A stretch of 64,000 nt of DNA from a virus (lineage: Duplodnaviria; Caudoviricetes), in IMG/VR virus record IMGVR_UViG_3300044614_002073, positions 1 through 64,000 of that record. The stretch is one strand, 5' to 3'. Below the pieces are notes generated by a model. The model was not told where the DNA came from and did no database searches. It saw nothing but the letters and a program-made list of their open reading frames with translations. Made by a program: the position numbers and the translations under genes. This document shows positions 47,331 to 59,088 of the stretch, in pieces; the first letter of the stretch is position 1; the number at the start of each line of letters is the position of its first letter.

Positions 47331-50300
47331 TTATGTGAATATTCTGTTTGGTACAATTAGTATATGATTAGCCAGATGTCCTATTCCTATATTATCTATT
47401 ACACTAATATCATTACTTATATTGATAGATCCCCATGGTCCATTTGCACTAATTGGCATTTCAAAAGGAACAATGGGTAGATTAATAACAGATGGTATAT
47501 TACGAATAGAACTAGATAAAGCATCTCTATTGGTAATATTGCCAGTTTGACCAAGATTACTTTCACCCCAAGAATACATTTTATTATCTGTTGACTTTAT
47601 GGCAAATGATGTTATTCTGCCAGCATAAACTCGTTTCCAGTAATTACGACTATTATCATTATTGACGAAACCAAAGTCTACTTCATTAATGTCTATTTCG
47701 TTAGGATCGGCATCAACGGTTTTTGGAGAAGTATTAACTCTAGCCAATTGTCCGAAACTATTATCTCCCCAGGCCCATAGAGAGCCATAAGTTTCTATAC
47801 TACTAAATTCTTTCTTGATGGCTAAATTATGATATGCCCCAGCTGCTATATCTAACCAAACGTCTGTTTCTACAGATCTGTTCTGTATATCAGAATAGTT
47901 ATCTTGTAATACATACATTTTTAATGGTAGTGGAGCATATGGAATAATAACGCTCGACCTATTAGGAAGATCTTTTTCTGCAATGCTTCCTACAGACGGA
48001 TAGCTTTCTTGTACAACAACTGCTTTGTACAATAGGGTCGAACTTTCTCCTAATCCAAGTTGTTTAAAGTCATTATCTCCCCAAACCCACATTTGACCCA
48101 TCTCGTCTAAACCAAGAGTATGGAATCTGCCCAATGAAATTTTCTTCCATGCGAAACCTCTATTATAGCAATACCCGCGACCAGGAGGAGGATTAACTAA
48201 TCTCATTTTGGTAGTCAGACCAATTAAAACTGTTGGCTTATTATTAACTATCACAGGCTCTTTATTATTATTAACCTTTTGAATGATACCTAATCCTAAT
48301 TGTCCGTACTTGTTACTTCCGCATACAAAAAGTCTGCCATTAGTATCTAGAGCCATTGAATGAGATTCACCACCATATACCCTACTAAACTGCTCATATT
48401 CATAATTATTATCATTAGTAGACCATTCTGTATCTAAGAATCTAATAATAGATACATATTTGATGCTATTTATATCAATAGAATTAATATTTTCATGATC
48501 TATACGCAACTTAGTAACGCCATTGCTTGGTATCCATTCAACATTTAATACCTTAACTTTGTGTAATAATGCTGGACTAGAATTTTCAGTATATGCATCA
48601 AGCATTACTTGATTTTTATTAGTATTAGTCAAAATAGAACTAATATCTCCATAGATTGTAATTACAGAAAATGCTGCTTTAGTTGGAGTTACAGTAGGAG
48701 TAGCGGTGCCGGTATTGGTCTGTGTTGGAGTAACAGAACGAGTAGGAGTAACGCTAACTGTAGTCGAAGGAGTAGGACTATTCGTAGGAGTTTGTGTACG
48801 AGTAGCCGTTACAGTTACGGTCGATGTTGGAGTAGCCGTTAATGTACGCGTTGGAGTAGGTGTAGCAGTTGGTGTTGGGGTTTGATTTGGAGAAGCTGAT
48901 GGTGAAGCAGTTATACTCACTGTCGGTGTTGATGTGAGTGTTGTAGTTGATGTTTGTGTGGCCGTTAATGTTGTAGTTGTAGTCGGAGTCGCTGTTTGAG
49001 TAGTTGTTAAGGTTGTAGTTGTACTAGGAGTAAAACTAATAGTGGGGGTCGGAGTTGGAGTTGCTAAGAATACATCATTATTGTCTACACAATATCTATA
49101 TTCCTTATATGCCTTGATCTTTTTAGGAGTTGGATTAGCTAATAAACCAGGGTCTGTGTCAATTTTGGTCTTTGAAACTACAGTAGCAACAACATCAAAA
49201 TCAATTGGCTCATAATCTTCCCATTGTATTCTGATGGTAGTAGAATTAAAAGCAGTTAAAGAGGGAGCATTGATCCATACTTTCGCAACACTTCTCTTAT
49301 GAATATTTCCATCATAATAATCAATAAAAATTTCATCATTAACGGAGAATTCACTTCTAACGTCACCAGGAACAATGATATCATATAGGTCCAAATCACT
49401 AGAAAAAGTACCAATGCTATAGATAGGACGCTCTAAGTAATGATTACCTAATTGTCCATCAGAGTTTCTACCCCATGTCCAAATGTCTCCGTTAGAATCA
49501 AGAGCTATACCGTGCATGGCTCCTAGACTAACCTGTTCGAATGTTACTCCGGCCACTCCGGAGACTCTAGTGAACATAGACTTACTTTCAAAATTACCAA
49601 TACCCAATTGTCCCCAGGCATTAACGCCTATGGCATGTAATGATCCGCTAGTATCAATAGCAACTGTAAAATTAGAACCAGCAGCTACGCTATCAAATTC
49701 AACAGTGTTATTGGTATTGTGATCTCTATAGTAAAGAATATTTTGATAATTGACTAATTTTTCATTAGTTTGTGCTGCAAGACGCGGTGGATCTAAAAAT
49801 CTTTCATTCAATAAATGACTCATACCCAATTGACCATAAGAATTATCACCCCACACTAATGTATTAGATACTAATGCTGTAGGAGTTGGGGTTACTGTAG
49901 GTGTTCTTGTTTGGGTTGGAGTAAGTGTAGCAGTTATGCTTGGTGTGGGCGTTACTGTTGAAGTTAGGCTCGGAGTTAATGTAACTGTAGATGTTGGGGT
50001 GGGAGTGCTAGTTTTGGTTGGAGTAACAGTAATAGTTGAAGTTTGTGTTGGAGTAGGAGTTTGCGTATTTGTAGCGGTTAATGTCAATGTACTAGTTGGG
50101 GTCCTAGTATTTGTTGGGGTTTGTGTTTGTGTGCTAGTTGGTGTTCTTGTAGGAGTACTAGAGTATGTTGGCGTAGTAGTAGGAGTGCGTGTAGGATTAG
50201 GTGTTCTAGTAGGAGTTTGTGTTGGAGTAGCACTTAATGTTTGCGTTGTAGTCTGAGTTAATGTTGGAGTCTGTGTCGGTGTTTGTGTGGCCGTTGGTGT

Positions 50301-50786
50301 TGGGGTTATCAAAACAGACTGGCTAATATATGAATATGGTTGTATATTATTAAAAGGATTAGTGTTATTGGTTTGTCCCATAACCCAATAAGAACTAGGA
50401 GCATAGTTGCTATCTAATTGAGGGAGATAACCAAAAGTAATAGTGGCTCTATAGCCCAAGCCGGTAATATTGGGATTATTTGTGCCATTATTATTTGTAG
50501 TTAAATAAGCTACAACTCTATTATTGGCATCCAGCATGACTAGTTCTAATTCAGCATAAATAAGTTGACTATTAGCTGGAGTAGTATTAATAGCTAGTGA
50601 AATAATATTTTCATATGAATAAGTATAATTGTCATGAGTATCTGTAACGGTACCAACTAATGCGGTGCCCAATGACTGAGAAGCAGTTGTTCCAGTATCT
50701 GGATTCCTAAGAGTAAATTTTCCACTTACTCTGTAAATCTGTAATGGATATTGAATTAATTCATTGTAATTTGTTGCTATTCTCAT
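47331..50786 (-). CDS. RCC1-repeat protein with two long Thr/Pro-rich linkers (putative fibre/adhesin)
   Basis: Repeated WG.N..GQLG and AG..H..A motifs interrupted by TPT tracts. Confidence 0.8.
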   Translation of the reverse strand: MRIATNYNELIQYPLQIYRVSGKFTLRNPDTGTTASQSLGTALVGTVTDTHDNYTYSYENIISLAINTTPANSQLIYAELELVMLDANNRVVAYLTTNNNGTNNPNITGLGYRATITFGYLPQLDSNYAPSSYWVMGQTNNTNPFNNIQPYSYISQSVLITPTPTATQTPTQTPTLTQTTTQTLSATPTQTPTRTPNPTRTPTTTPTYSSTPTRTPTSTQTQTPTNTRTPTSTLTLTATNTQTPTPTQTSTITVTPTKTSTPTPTSTVTLTPSLTSTVTPTPSITATLTPTQTRTPTVTPTPTALVSNTLVWGDNSYGQLGMSHLLNERFLDPPRLAAQTNEKLVNYQNILYYRDHNTNNTVEFDSVAAGSNFTVAIDTSGSLHAIGVNAWGQLGIGNFESKSMFTRVSGVAGVTFEQVSLGAMHGIALDSNGDIWTWGRNSDGQLGNHYLERPIYSIGTFSSDLDLYDIIVPGDVRSEFSVNDEIFIDYYDGNIHKRSVAKVWINAPSLTAFNSTTIRIQWEDYEPIDFDVVATVVSKTKIDTDPGLLANPTPKKIKAYKEYRYCVDNNDVFLATPTPTPTISFTPSTTTTLTTTQTATPTTTTTLTATQTSTTTLTSTPTVSITASPSASPNQTPTPTATPTPTRTLTATPTSTVTVTATRTQTPTNSPTPSTTVSVTPTRSVTPTQTNTGTATPTVTPTKAAFSVITIYGDISSILTNTNKNQVMLDAYTENSSPALLHKVKVLNVEWIPSNGVTKLRIDHENINSIDINSIKYVSIIRFLDTEWSTNDNNYEYEQFSRVYGGESHSMALDTNGRLFVCGSNKYGQLGLGIIQKVNNNKEPVIVNNKPTVLIGLTTKMRLVNPPPGRGYCYNRGFAWKKISLGRFHTLGLDEMGQMWVWGDNDFKQLGLGESSTLLYKAVVVQESYPSVGSIAEKDLPNRSSVIIPYAPLPLKMYVLQDNYSDIQNRSVETDVWLDIAAGAYHNLAIKKEFSSIETYGSLWAWGDNSFGQLARVNTSPKTVDADPNEIDINEVDFGFVNNDNSRNYWKRVYAGRITSFAIKSTDNKMYSWGESNLGQTGNITNRDALSSSIRNIPSVINLPIVPFEMPISANGPWGSINISNDISVIDNIGIGHLANHILIVPNRIFT
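48680..49064 (-). repeat. Thr/Pro-rich low-complexity coding tract
   Basis: About 128 codons of degenerate TPTxT repeats. Confidence 0.9.
49876..50308 (-). repeat. Thr/Pro-rich low-complexity coding tract
   Basis: About 144 codons of degenerate TPTxT repeats. Confidence 0.9.
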
Positions 50787-53700
50787 TATTCATCCTTTAA
50801 AACTATAAAATACCCAGCTGTTATATCTGGTACAACAGCTTTGAAACGCGACCTTACGGCACTGTTAGGAGTGGTTCCTGTTCCCCAACCTGTACTGGTG
50901 CTAGTATACAATGCTGCTATTGTCGATCCATATTCATAATACGAGATATTTGTTGAATTTAATGTTGTTGCTATAGCAACATTAGTCGGCACACTGCTTG
51001 GGACAGTACCTATTATAACGGGGCCATTTCCAGCATTGCCTGATCCTCCAGTACCTAATAGTATGTCCTCTACGCCAGTCCAATTGGTTGGTAGATTTTG
51101 AGCTGTGTCTATAAAAGGATTCATGTGTAATTTATTATTAACATCATAAGCTATAAGCACACTACTACTTGCTGATAGCTTAGAATATGCCGTACTATTA
51201 TCAATTAGTACAGGAGCAACAGATGATCCGCTTAGAGTCAATGTGCCCGTATTTACTTTGATGGTACCTCCAACCCAAACATTGCCTCCTCCCCAATAGC
51301 CAGATAAACGATATAATCCTCCGTCGCTCTTTATTCCATAGAAACCTCCAGCATTACCGGCAACTGATTGCCAAGAGTCGGTACTAACTCTAACAGGAGC
51401 AGTAGAGAAAGTAAAAGTACCGGCCGATCCAGCACCGGTTACTAATCTATTGTCTCCCCAAGCCCATAACGTATTATCTGATGCTGAAATCATATACAGA
51501 GTAGAAGTATATAATGTATTAGAATCGTATCCCCATCCTGCTACTGATGTAGCCTGAAGATTAACAGACGTGCCTATTCTGTTCCATGTCGTAGTTGATC
51601 CCAAAATAGAACTAGATGATATACCATATATTTTACCAGATTGAGATATGGCAAATAAATATCTTATTGCACCGGCAGATGTTTGTGGCGATCCAGGATT
51701 ACCTATTAATTTTACAATGGTTTCACCAGCAGGATTGTTAATTATAGACGATCCTCCAAAAGTATTTGCTGATGAACATACTACTACGCCATTGGATAAT
51801 AAAAATGCAGTATAGAAACGATCAACATAGACAGCCTGAGTAACTTTTGTATTTTGATTACCCGATCCTGTTTTAAGTGTCCCGACTGAGCCATAATTAA
51901 ACTCATTCCATTGAGTCCAAATAGCTCCTGGCGTGGTTGGTATAGTTGATGAAACACTACTACGAGTACCTCTATAAAAGACTGCTGCTGATTTATCTAT
52001 TAATGTAGCAGCTGCGGTGACTATGGGGTAGGCGTTATACGATCCAGAGACTATGCAACGATATCTATAACTATCAAAAGTAGTATTTAAGTTTGATAAA
52101 TATAAAATATTATTTGTAGATCCATTGATATTGGACCAATTTATGCCACTGTCGGTTGAGACTTGCCATTGATAAGTTATTTGAGCATAGTTCGTGGCAG
52201 AAGCCGAAACGCTGAACGAAGCTGCTCCGGCTAAAGATTCAACGCTTTGGGGATTTGCAGAAATTGTTAGAATAGCACCACTCCTAATTGCAGCAGAACT
52301 ATTGCCTCCAGCATATACAGACTCCCAATACGTGTCTCCATTTGCACTAATTTGAACAGGACTTGAGCTGTTAATATTTGTTCCATTTCCTAGCTGTCCT
52401 TGTAAGTTATTCCCCCATGCCCATAATGAACCATCAATTTTAATGCCTATTACGTGCGTGTTACCAGCACTAATGTCTAACCATGTTCCTGATAGTTGAT
52501 ATGGACTATTACGAGAAGTTGTTGTAGAATCTCCTAATTGACCAACGGCATTATTTCCCCAAACCCATAGTGATCCATTGGTTTTTAAAGCGGCAGTAAA
52601 ACCTGCTCCGCAGACAACTTTTGACCAATCGCTACCAGCTACAGCAGTTGGAGCCGATGTATTTGTGTTGTTTCCTAAGCCCAGTTGCCCATCAGTATTT
52701 TGTCCCCATGTATATAATGTTCCACTATTATCAATGGCGGCCGAATGATTCTGCCCACATGCTACACTAACAATGTTTGTGGTTATCGTAACAAAAGTAT
52801 TTTGAGAAGTATTATTGCCTGTACCTAATTGACCATTAGAGTTTAATCCGCAAGCAACCAAGGTTCCATCTGTTCTAACTGCTAAACTGTGATTTTCTCC
52901 AACAGCTATATCTTTGTAATCATTAGTATCCGATATTGCAGTCAATGAGGAAATGACTGTTGACGATGTTCCGAGTCCACACTGTCCATTAGTATTGTTA
53001 CCACACGCATATAAGCTATTGCCATTACTATCAGATATAATAAACAAATTATGATTATATTTAGTTACTGCTTTTACTGCATTTAAAATATTGTTAGCAG
53101 AAGCTTGACCCTGGGTATTAATGCCAAAAGAATTAAGTATGCCACTAGCATTAATTAATATCGTATGGTTTTGTCCTAATGAAGCACTTCTGTAAATATT
53201 TGATGGATTGTTTCCGAATCTAGGAAGATTTGAAGAGCCAGTATAGCTTAATTGATCGTTATTATTAGAACCCCATAACAATAAACCACCAAAAGTATCG
53301 GCCACATTTAGTGTGGCGGCGTTACTCGTTACAGGATTTGCTGCTGTATTGGACGAAACAACTACTCTATATTGATCATTATCAGATGATCTGGTCAAAT
53401 TAGTAATAGTTAATGTGGTAGAGCTACCAACTCCGGGAATATTAGTGAAAGTAGCTCCGCCATCAGAACTTCTTTGCCATGTATATGTTAAATTATATAG
53501 AGTGGAACCAAGAGAAGGTATGGATGCTAATGTATAAAAAGTTGCACTAGCATTGAATGATGTGACGTTCTGTGGTTGCAAGGAAATAACAATTTGTGGA
53601 GCCGTGACAATGAGTGTTCCAGCGGTAGTGGTTTGGCTAGTAGCTCCGCCATTTCCAGAGACTATTACACGATACATACTACCACTATCTGCTACTGTTA

Positions 53701-55120
53701 AATTACTCAAGTTTAGCGTACTACTATTAGCTCCGGATATATTGCTATAAGTTGTTCCGCTATTAGTACTTTTCTGCCATTGATAAGATAACGTGCAATA
53801 ATCTGGAGATACATTTGCTTCTACACTAAATGCTCCTGATGTTCCTGATGTAGTCAAATTTTCCGGATCGCTAGTGATTGTTATCTGGGCTGTTGTAACA
53901 GACAATACAGAATTACTACTGTTAACCGGGGTCGGAGTTGATCCTCCACCAGAGGCTACTCCACTAATACGAACTCTATAAAAAGCTCCGTTATCAGATA
54001 GCTGGGGGTTTGTAATGGTATAAGATGAGGTTACAGCACCAGAGATATCGTTCCAATTACTACCACTATCGGTGCTTTTTTGCCATTGATACAATAAAGT
54101 TATAGATGATGGTACTGCTACGGCGGTAACACTGATTGTTCGATTAATACCTATAGCAGTGAAGATGTCTGATACTGGTTGACTTGTAATATTAATACCA
54201 GCTGGTAGCGGAGGTCCGCTGTTTGATGGAGTCTGAGTGTTGGTGGGCGTTACGGTCGGAGTGGCGGGAATACCGGCATCGAACCAGAAGCGAGCATTAG
54301 GATAATGATCTATACCGGGAGCCGGATAATTGTTACCAAATAATGGATATGAACCATCTTCTGTTGTGGATGGCCCTTGACGTCCTTTTGGCTTTCCATT
54401 GGCAATCCAATTTACATAGCGAGCTATATCACTCCAGCTTACATAGCTGATGGTTCTACTAAGATGTTCTGGTTGATTAGGAAAACAAGAAGTAGCACCA
54501 ACAACACATCCATCTACGCTATATACATAAAAGAAACCGTCGTAATCTTTATTAATTCCACAAGCTTTATCTTTTTCCATTTGTGGTTTCCACAACATAT
54601 GTGGATCATCGTATTGTGCTACGCTATTTAAAAATTCTACCCAGTCAGCAACAGTAATAGTTGTCCTATATGTACCGAATGTTTCTTCGTCCCTAGAAAC
54701 TATAGTATAGTTGACTATATTACGATGTCTATCAATATTACGAGGAGTAGGAGTAACTGTTGGAGTTGGAGTAGCAGTACACTGTAAACTAGAACATGAT
54801 GTATTTTTAACGCAAATAATTTGTCTTCTTAACTTAGTAGTTGTCAATTCGCTATATGGACCGTCAGAAGATATTCCATAAAATTCTAAGTTAATAAGAT
54901 AATGGTTATTTGGATTGTCCCTTAAATGTACAATTATATTGAGCGTTTCAGAAGTGCCGTCGGCTTTAAATTCTCCTTGAGATGGATGGAATATGGCCTT
55001 CCCAGCATTCATTAGGCTGAGTTTATATTTGTAGGTTGTGCCAGGAACAAGATCAACCAAATCTATTATGGCTGAAACTTCAAATGGACACTCGCATTTG
55101 TTTACAGTAATTTCTTGCAT
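50786..55120 (-). CDS. Mosaic virion surface protein: FGE-sulfatase-like fragment, four Ig-like domains and RCC1 propeller(s)
   Basis: EFLN.VA...YVSW.D.ARY.NW..NG.P.G.Q...TTEDG.Y; four Y.WQ.ST/SD.G...I.G...Y.YR Ig-like units; multiple G.N..GQLG repeats. Confidence 0.8.
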   Translation of the reverse strand: MQEITVNKCECPFEVSAIIDLVDLVPGTTYKYKLSLMNAGKAIFHPSQGEFKADGTSETLNIIVHLRDNPNNHYLINLEFYGISSDGPYSELTTTKLRRQIICVKNTSCSSLQCTATPTPTVTPTPRNIDRHRNIVNYTIVSRDEETFGTYRTTITVADWVEFLNSVAQYDDPHMLWKPQMEKDKACGINKDYDGFFYVYSVDGCVVGATSCFPNQPEHLSRTISYVSWSDIARYVNWIANGKPKGRQGPSTTEDGSYPLFGNNYPAPGIDHYPNARFWFDAGIPATPTVTPTNTQTPSNSGPPLPAGINITSQPVSDIFTAIGINRTISVTAVAVPSSITLLYQWQKSTDSGSNWNDISGAVTSSYTITNPQLSDNGAFYRVRISGVASGGGSTPTPVNSSNSVLSVTTAQITITSDPENLTTSGTSGAFSVEANVSPDYCTLSYQWQKSTNSGTTYSNISGANSSTLNLSNLTVADSGSMYRVIVSGNGGATSQTTTAGTLIVTAPQIVISLQPQNVTSFNASATFYTLASIPSLGSTLYNLTYTWQRSSDGGATFTNIPGVGSSTTLTITNLTRSSDNDQYRVVVSSNTAANPVTSNAATLNVADTFGGLLLWGSNNNDQLSYTGSSNLPRFGNNPSNIYRSASLGQNHTILINASGILNSFGINTQGQASANNILNAVKAVTKYNHNLFIISDSNGNSLYACGNNTNGQCGLGTSSTVISSLTAISDTNDYKDIAVGENHSLAVRTDGTLVACGLNSNGQLGTGNNTSQNTFVTITTNIVSVACGQNHSAAIDNSGTLYTWGQNTDGQLGLGNNTNTSAPTAVAGSDWSKVVCGAGFTAALKTNGSLWVWGNNAVGQLGDSTTTSRNSPYQLSGTWLDISAGNTHVIGIKIDGSLWAWGNNLQGQLGNGTNINSSSPVQISANGDTYWESVYAGGNSSAAIRSGAILTISANPQSVESLAGAASFSVSASATNYAQITYQWQVSTDSGINWSNINGSTNNILYLSNLNTTFDSYRYRCIVSGSYNAYPIVTAAATLIDKSAAVFYRGTRSSVSSTIPTTPGAIWTQWNEFNYGSVGTLKTGSGNQNTKVTQAVYVDRFYTAFLLSNGVVVCSSANTFGGSSIINNPAGETIVKLIGNPGSPQTSAGAIRYLFAISQSGKIYGISSSSILGSTTTWNRIGTSVNLQATSVAGWGYDSNTLYTSTLYMISASDNTLWAWGDNRLVTGAGSAGTFTFSTAPVRVSTDSWQSVAGNAGGFYGIKSDGGLYRLSGYWGGGNVWVGGTIKVNTGTLTLSGSSVAPVLIDNSTAYSKLSASSSVLIAYDVNNKLHMNPFIDTAQNLPTNWTGVEDILLGTGGSGNAGNGPVIIGTVPSSVPTNVAIATTLNSTNISYYEYGSTIAALYTSTSTGWGTGTTPNSAVRSRFKAVVPDITAGYFIVLKDE

Positions 55121-55158
55121 TTTTTAGAATCCTATGCTGTTATCTAATAATACCCCAA

Positions 55159-57861
55159 TCAGGGTGTTGGATTTTGACCACAATCCGGAATATAAACACA
55201 CTCATATATCCACTGCCAACATTCCTGTCCTGGTCCAATGCTGACTATTTTTTTGCCAGCCAATAACGGAGTCATACAGTCAGGGCATGTGGGAATAACT
55301 TCTGGCTGCCAGCAGTCTATAATTGGCTTCGTTGGACTAGGAGTGGGTGTTGGTGTTGGACTACTCCTAGGGGTATCTGTGGGCCTATTGGTTGGAGTAG
55401 GAGTCATCTGAGCCGTGGTGGTACTAGTTGGGGTTTGTGTTGGAGTAGCTGTACGAGTAGTTGTAGTTGTTGGGGTAGTGGTTATTGTACTAGTTGGAGT
55501 TCTAGTTGGTGTGCCAGTAGGAGTTCTTGTGATTAAGTCCTTAAAGCCTACCTCAAAACATCTGTCTAATCCAACAGGAGGAGAACTAGGGGTTGGTGTT
55601 GGTAGTGGTTGAGATCCTGTGCTTGTATCTTTGATTGTGAAAATTTCTGATCTTGATATTAGACTTTGATATGCTGAATCAGAGAAAAATTCTATTTGCA
55701 ATAATTCGCTACCTTCTGTTATCTGATCAGAAGATATCTTTAATTCTAAAGAACCAGTAGAAGACGTTAAATTAATCTTTCCTCCAATTATTTTTAAATC
55801 AGTATCCTGAGCCGTAGCAATAGATCCAGTAGCATTGGTTCCGTCATTAAGTCTAGGATTAGTAGCAATTTTCCAATATATTGCTGAGCTAGTAAAATTA
55901 CGAGCTGTAAGATTTAGCGTTAAAGTTTGACCTTCGTTAATTTCATTCGATAATAAAACAGATGGAGTACCATCAACAAATGATTCTACTTCTATGAAAG
56001 GTTGGGGCGCAGCAACCGTTAATGAGTACTCACGAAAAATACTAGTAGCATTAGCACTAGATATTATAACTTTGTACATGTTTCCATTGTTTTCCAATGT
56101 CAATCCGGTCAATGACAAAGAGCTAGATGATGAGCTTGGTATATCAACATATGTTCCTGAAGATGGAGTTTTAATTTGCCATTGATAATTTAATGCTTGA
56201 GAAGGAGTTACATTAGCAGTAACAAACAAAGTGGGAGCGCTATTTCCTGTTTGATATACAATATCATTTGCAGAACCTCCTGTTATTGTAATAACTGGAG
56301 CGCCTATAGATAGCGTTATTTCTCTACTGCTAGATGTTACGGCTCCTGTTGAATCAGTTATCACAGCCCTATATTTATCGCCATTATCTGCAAAGGTTAT
56401 ATTAGTAAGATTCAATGAAGCGGGACTGCTTGTTCCTGTAGCTCCATTAATGTCTGTCCATATAGAAGAACCGGCTTCTTGTTTTTGCCATTTATAAGAT
56501 CCTGTACCATTAGTAATTGTCCAGGGCTCGTTGATAGAGACTGTTGTGCCAGACACTGGCAGAGAAATATCTACCGTACCATTGGTCCAGTTGACCGCTG
56601 TTGGAGCTAAACCATCATCAGCATAAAATTCAGAAAGAGACATTGTAGAATTTAGAATATTATTACCAGTACTAGTAATGTTTCCCTCTAAGAATAATGA
56701 TAAGCAGCCCTTAACTCCTCCCCATAGACTGTAATAGTATCCATAGTATCCTCCTCCAGCAGATGCTCCGCTATAAACTCCTAATCTTATCTGTCCGGCA
56801 GTTACTGGCGTAGATAGTTGGTATATTCTAGTACCATCAATACTATCGCTGCCAGTGTTTGCAAGAGTATCAATCAGAGTTAATGTTGGAAGAGTTATCC
56901 AGTTTTGGGCGGTTGGATCAACAGTATATTGTGCATAAGAGCTTGTTAGAATAGAGGTGTTGTTTCCTGGCTTTACTCCTATATAACTAATGAGTCGTGA
57001 ATTTCCAAATGAAGTCTTTACATATGGTGGGTAGGTGGTCGTCGCGACCGCTGTTTTTAGGGCTGTGGAGCCAAAATTATTAGTAGCTGGATCTCCATAC
57101 AAAATGTACATAGCTCTATTTCTTGGAGATGTTGCTTTGTAAGCTATATCATGTTGTCTTTGTGGTTGCGAAGTTGTTCCAATTAAGCTTAATTTAATGT
57201 AACGTATTTGTCCTATACTAGAAGGCATTGTAATGCTTAGGTCAAGATTTTTAGATAGTGGAGTATCTATAATATTGTCTTGAAAATCTAGAAAACCACC
57301 ACCGGTTATACTATACTGTATTTTGTATCTTGCAGTAGGAGAGTAACCTAAAAATTTAGGATTATCTGACGGAATCAATGATGGAAAACTATCCCCGCAA
57401 TTATTATTTGGTTTTGAAATCAAATATTCTAGCTCTCCAGATGAGCTATAAAATCCACTATCTCCTGCAATCAATTTGGTTGGTAGTGTTCCATTAACAG
57501 CTAAATAAGTAGGATCTGGAGATTCTGATGTTGAGAAATTATATATTCTAACAGAAGCAAATATGGAGTTGGTTCCAGCTAGAGAAATTATACCACCAGG
57601 ATATTCTAATGCTGTTTGGCCTTTAATTCTTAAAGTTTGAACAGTTTTAAGTGATCCTAAGTCCATAATTATGCCGGTGTCTGCTGTTGCTGTATATGTT
57701 CTTGAAGATCCATTAAAAACAGCATTGGTTGTTCCGCTAAAAATCTTAGTTGTACTAGTTAACACACTAGAATTATCAGACAATAACTCAAAAGATGGAG
57801 CAAGATATGCTGGGTCTACGCTTGTTCCCTGAGATAATGTATAAGTAGCATTAATTTTCAT
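55159..57861 (-). CDS. Virion surface protein with Ig-like and Calx-beta-like domains and a Thr/Pro tail
   Basis: YKWQ..E.G...W.DI.GA, YQWQ...Y.DI, INEG......L...D..TEG.E......I.DTS, TPT tract, Cys-rich C-terminus. Confidence 0.7.
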   Translation of the reverse strand: MKINATYTLSQGTSVDPAYLAPSFELLSDNSSVLTSTTKIFSGTTNAVFNGSSRTYTATADTGIIMDLGSLKTVQTLRIKGQTALEYPGGIISLAGTNSIFASVRIYNFSTSESPDPTYLAVNGTLPTKLIAGDSGFYSSSGELEYLISKPNNNCGDSFPSLIPSDNPKFLGYSPTARYKIQYSITGGGFLDFQDNIIDTPLSKNLDLSITMPSSIGQIRYIKLSLIGTTSQPQRQHDIAYKATSPRNRAMYILYGDPATNNFGSTALKTAVATTTYPPYVKTSFGNSRLISYIGVKPGNNTSILTSSYAQYTVDPTAQNWITLPTLTLIDTLANTGSDSIDGTRIYQLSTPVTAGQIRLGVYSGASAGGGYYGYYYSLWGGVKGCLSLFLEGNITSTGNNILNSTMSLSEFYADDGLAPTAVNWTNGTVDISLPVSGTTVSINEPWTITNGTGSYKWQKQEAGSSIWTDINGATGTSSPASLNLTNITFADNGDKYRAVITDSTGAVTSSSREITLSIGAPVITITGGSANDIVYQTGNSAPTLFVTANVTPSQALNYQWQIKTPSSGTYVDIPSSSSSSLSLTGLTLENNGNMYKVIISSANATSIFREYSLTVAAPQPFIEVESFVDGTPSVLLSNEINEGQTLTLNLTARNFTSSAIYWKIATNPRLNDGTNATGSIATAQDTDLKIIGGKINLTSSTGSLELKISSDQITEGSELLQIEFFSDSAYQSLISRSEIFTIKDTSTGSQPLPTPTPSSPPVGLDRCFEVGFKDLITRTPTGTPTRTPTSTITTTPTTTTTRTATPTQTPTSTTTAQMTPTPTNRPTDTPRSSPTPTPTPSPTKPIIDCWQPEVIPTCPDCMTPLLAGKKIVSIGPGQECWQWIYECVYIPDCGQNPTP
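55328..55610 (-). repeat. Thr/Pro-rich low-complexity coding tract
   Basis: [19 protein letters not shown]...; degenerate at the DNA level. Confidence 0.85.
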
Positions 57862-57866
57862 TATAT

Positions 57867-59036
57867 TTACTCCACCGATCTAACTATAGGTTGTGATAGC
57901 CTAAATGTAGGGGACTGAGGAGGCGAGTCACAATCAACATATATGCTTAAAATATCTTTATCAATATTTGTAGCACCAATATTTAATGAAGATACTATTG
58001 TAAAAATATTATTATTTGTATTATTAACAAATTTTACCTTAGCATAAATTGAACGATTAGGCAGTTGATTTTTATTTAAATAGAAGTCTTGATTTACAAA
58101 TATAACATTTGTATCTTCAGAATCTAAATGAACGTGGTAGTCTGTATTTTTTTTAAGATTTGTGAGGTTTATAACCACGGAAACTATAGCTGTATAGTCT
58201 TCTTTGCATGTGCCGGGTTTTTGATCTAGTCTTATGGCCTTAACATTATTGTCTATAAAATTTACTTCCTGCTTGTTGATATTAAAACATTGTTCAATAT
58301 CAAATGCTATTCTTTCGAATTTAGTTGATGTAGGAGTGCTTCCTGTAGAATACCATACAAAAGGAAGGGTTTGGTCTTGTCTGGGAATAACAATATATCC
58401 CTCTTCTCTTTTCAAATAAGAAATTTGATTCAGAACATCGTTTATGCGAACGTGTCTATTAGAGATGTATGCGCCATTACTAGTTGTTGTATAAATTTTA
58501 TCTATTTTAGTAAATAGGTTGGTTAGGTCTTCTAAAAATATCCATTCATCATTTTGAGTAATATAGGCTCCTTTACCATCAATCCATACATAGACATTAT
58601 TAGGCAATACCGATATAGGCTCAACAAATATATTTGGTTTAGGAAATACTACTTCTATTTTAGTTTCTGTACCTTCTTTGGAAACTTTACCTCCGGATAA
58701 AGTTATTACTGGTGCCGAAGTATATCCAGCGCCCTCGTTGGTTATTTTAATAGATTGAATAGTTTTAGGATCGCTATTTAAAGTTACAGTTGCTGTGGCT
58801 CCTTTGCCGCCCCCTCCAGTTATAGTTACTGAAGGGGCTTCGCTATACTCTACTGTTCCTAATGTAATTTTTAGATTATTATCAGATAAAGGAACTCCAA
58901 CATCTTTTATGACAAAATCAGTTAGGCCACGAGGAGTAGACGAAGCATCAAGAATATAGGAAAATTTTAATGGCCTATCTTCACCAGTATATTCAACAAT
59001 TTGTATGCTTTTTGATATGATTTCTTCGGTTAGCAT
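57867..59036 (-). CDS. Putative virion protein with T4-like G.GYTSAP.V...GG repeat
   Basis: YSEAPSVTITGGGGKGATA...ITNEGAGYTSAPVITLSGG. Start placed at ATG 59036. Confidence 0.6.
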   Translation of the reverse strand: MLTEEIISKSIQIVEYTGEDRPLKFSYILDASSTPRGLTDFVIKDVGVPLSDNNLKITLGTVEYSEAPSVTITGGGGKGATATVTLNSDPKTIQSIKITNEGAGYTSAPVITLSGGKVSKEGTETKIEVVFPKPNIFVEPISVLPNNVYVWIDGKGAYITQNDEWIFLEDLTNLFTKIDKIYTTTSNGAYISNRHVRINDVLNQISYLKREEGYIVIPRQDQTLPFVWYSTGSTPTSTKFERIAFDIEQCFNINKQEVNFIDNNVKAIRLDQKPGTCKEDYTAIVSVVINLTNLKKNTDYHVHLDSEDTNVIFVNQDFYLNKNQLPNRSIYAKVKFVNNTNNNIFTIVSSLNIGATNIDKDILSIYVDCDSPPQSPTFRLSQPIVRSVE

Positions 59037-59088
59037 TATAATATGGCCTATATTAAAAAATTTGTGCAACTACAATTAGTATACCCCA

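Noticed and set aside
49936-50256. Val/Gly-rich + strand ORFs (also 55415-55612 and 48609-48842)
   Set aside because: These are antisense shadows of the Thr/Pro codon tracts.
50786-55120. Diversity-generating retroelement targeting the C-lectin/FGE-like domain
   Set aside because: No reverse transcriptase or TR/VR repeat pair was seen, and the FGE fragment lacks the C-terminal region that DGRs diversify.
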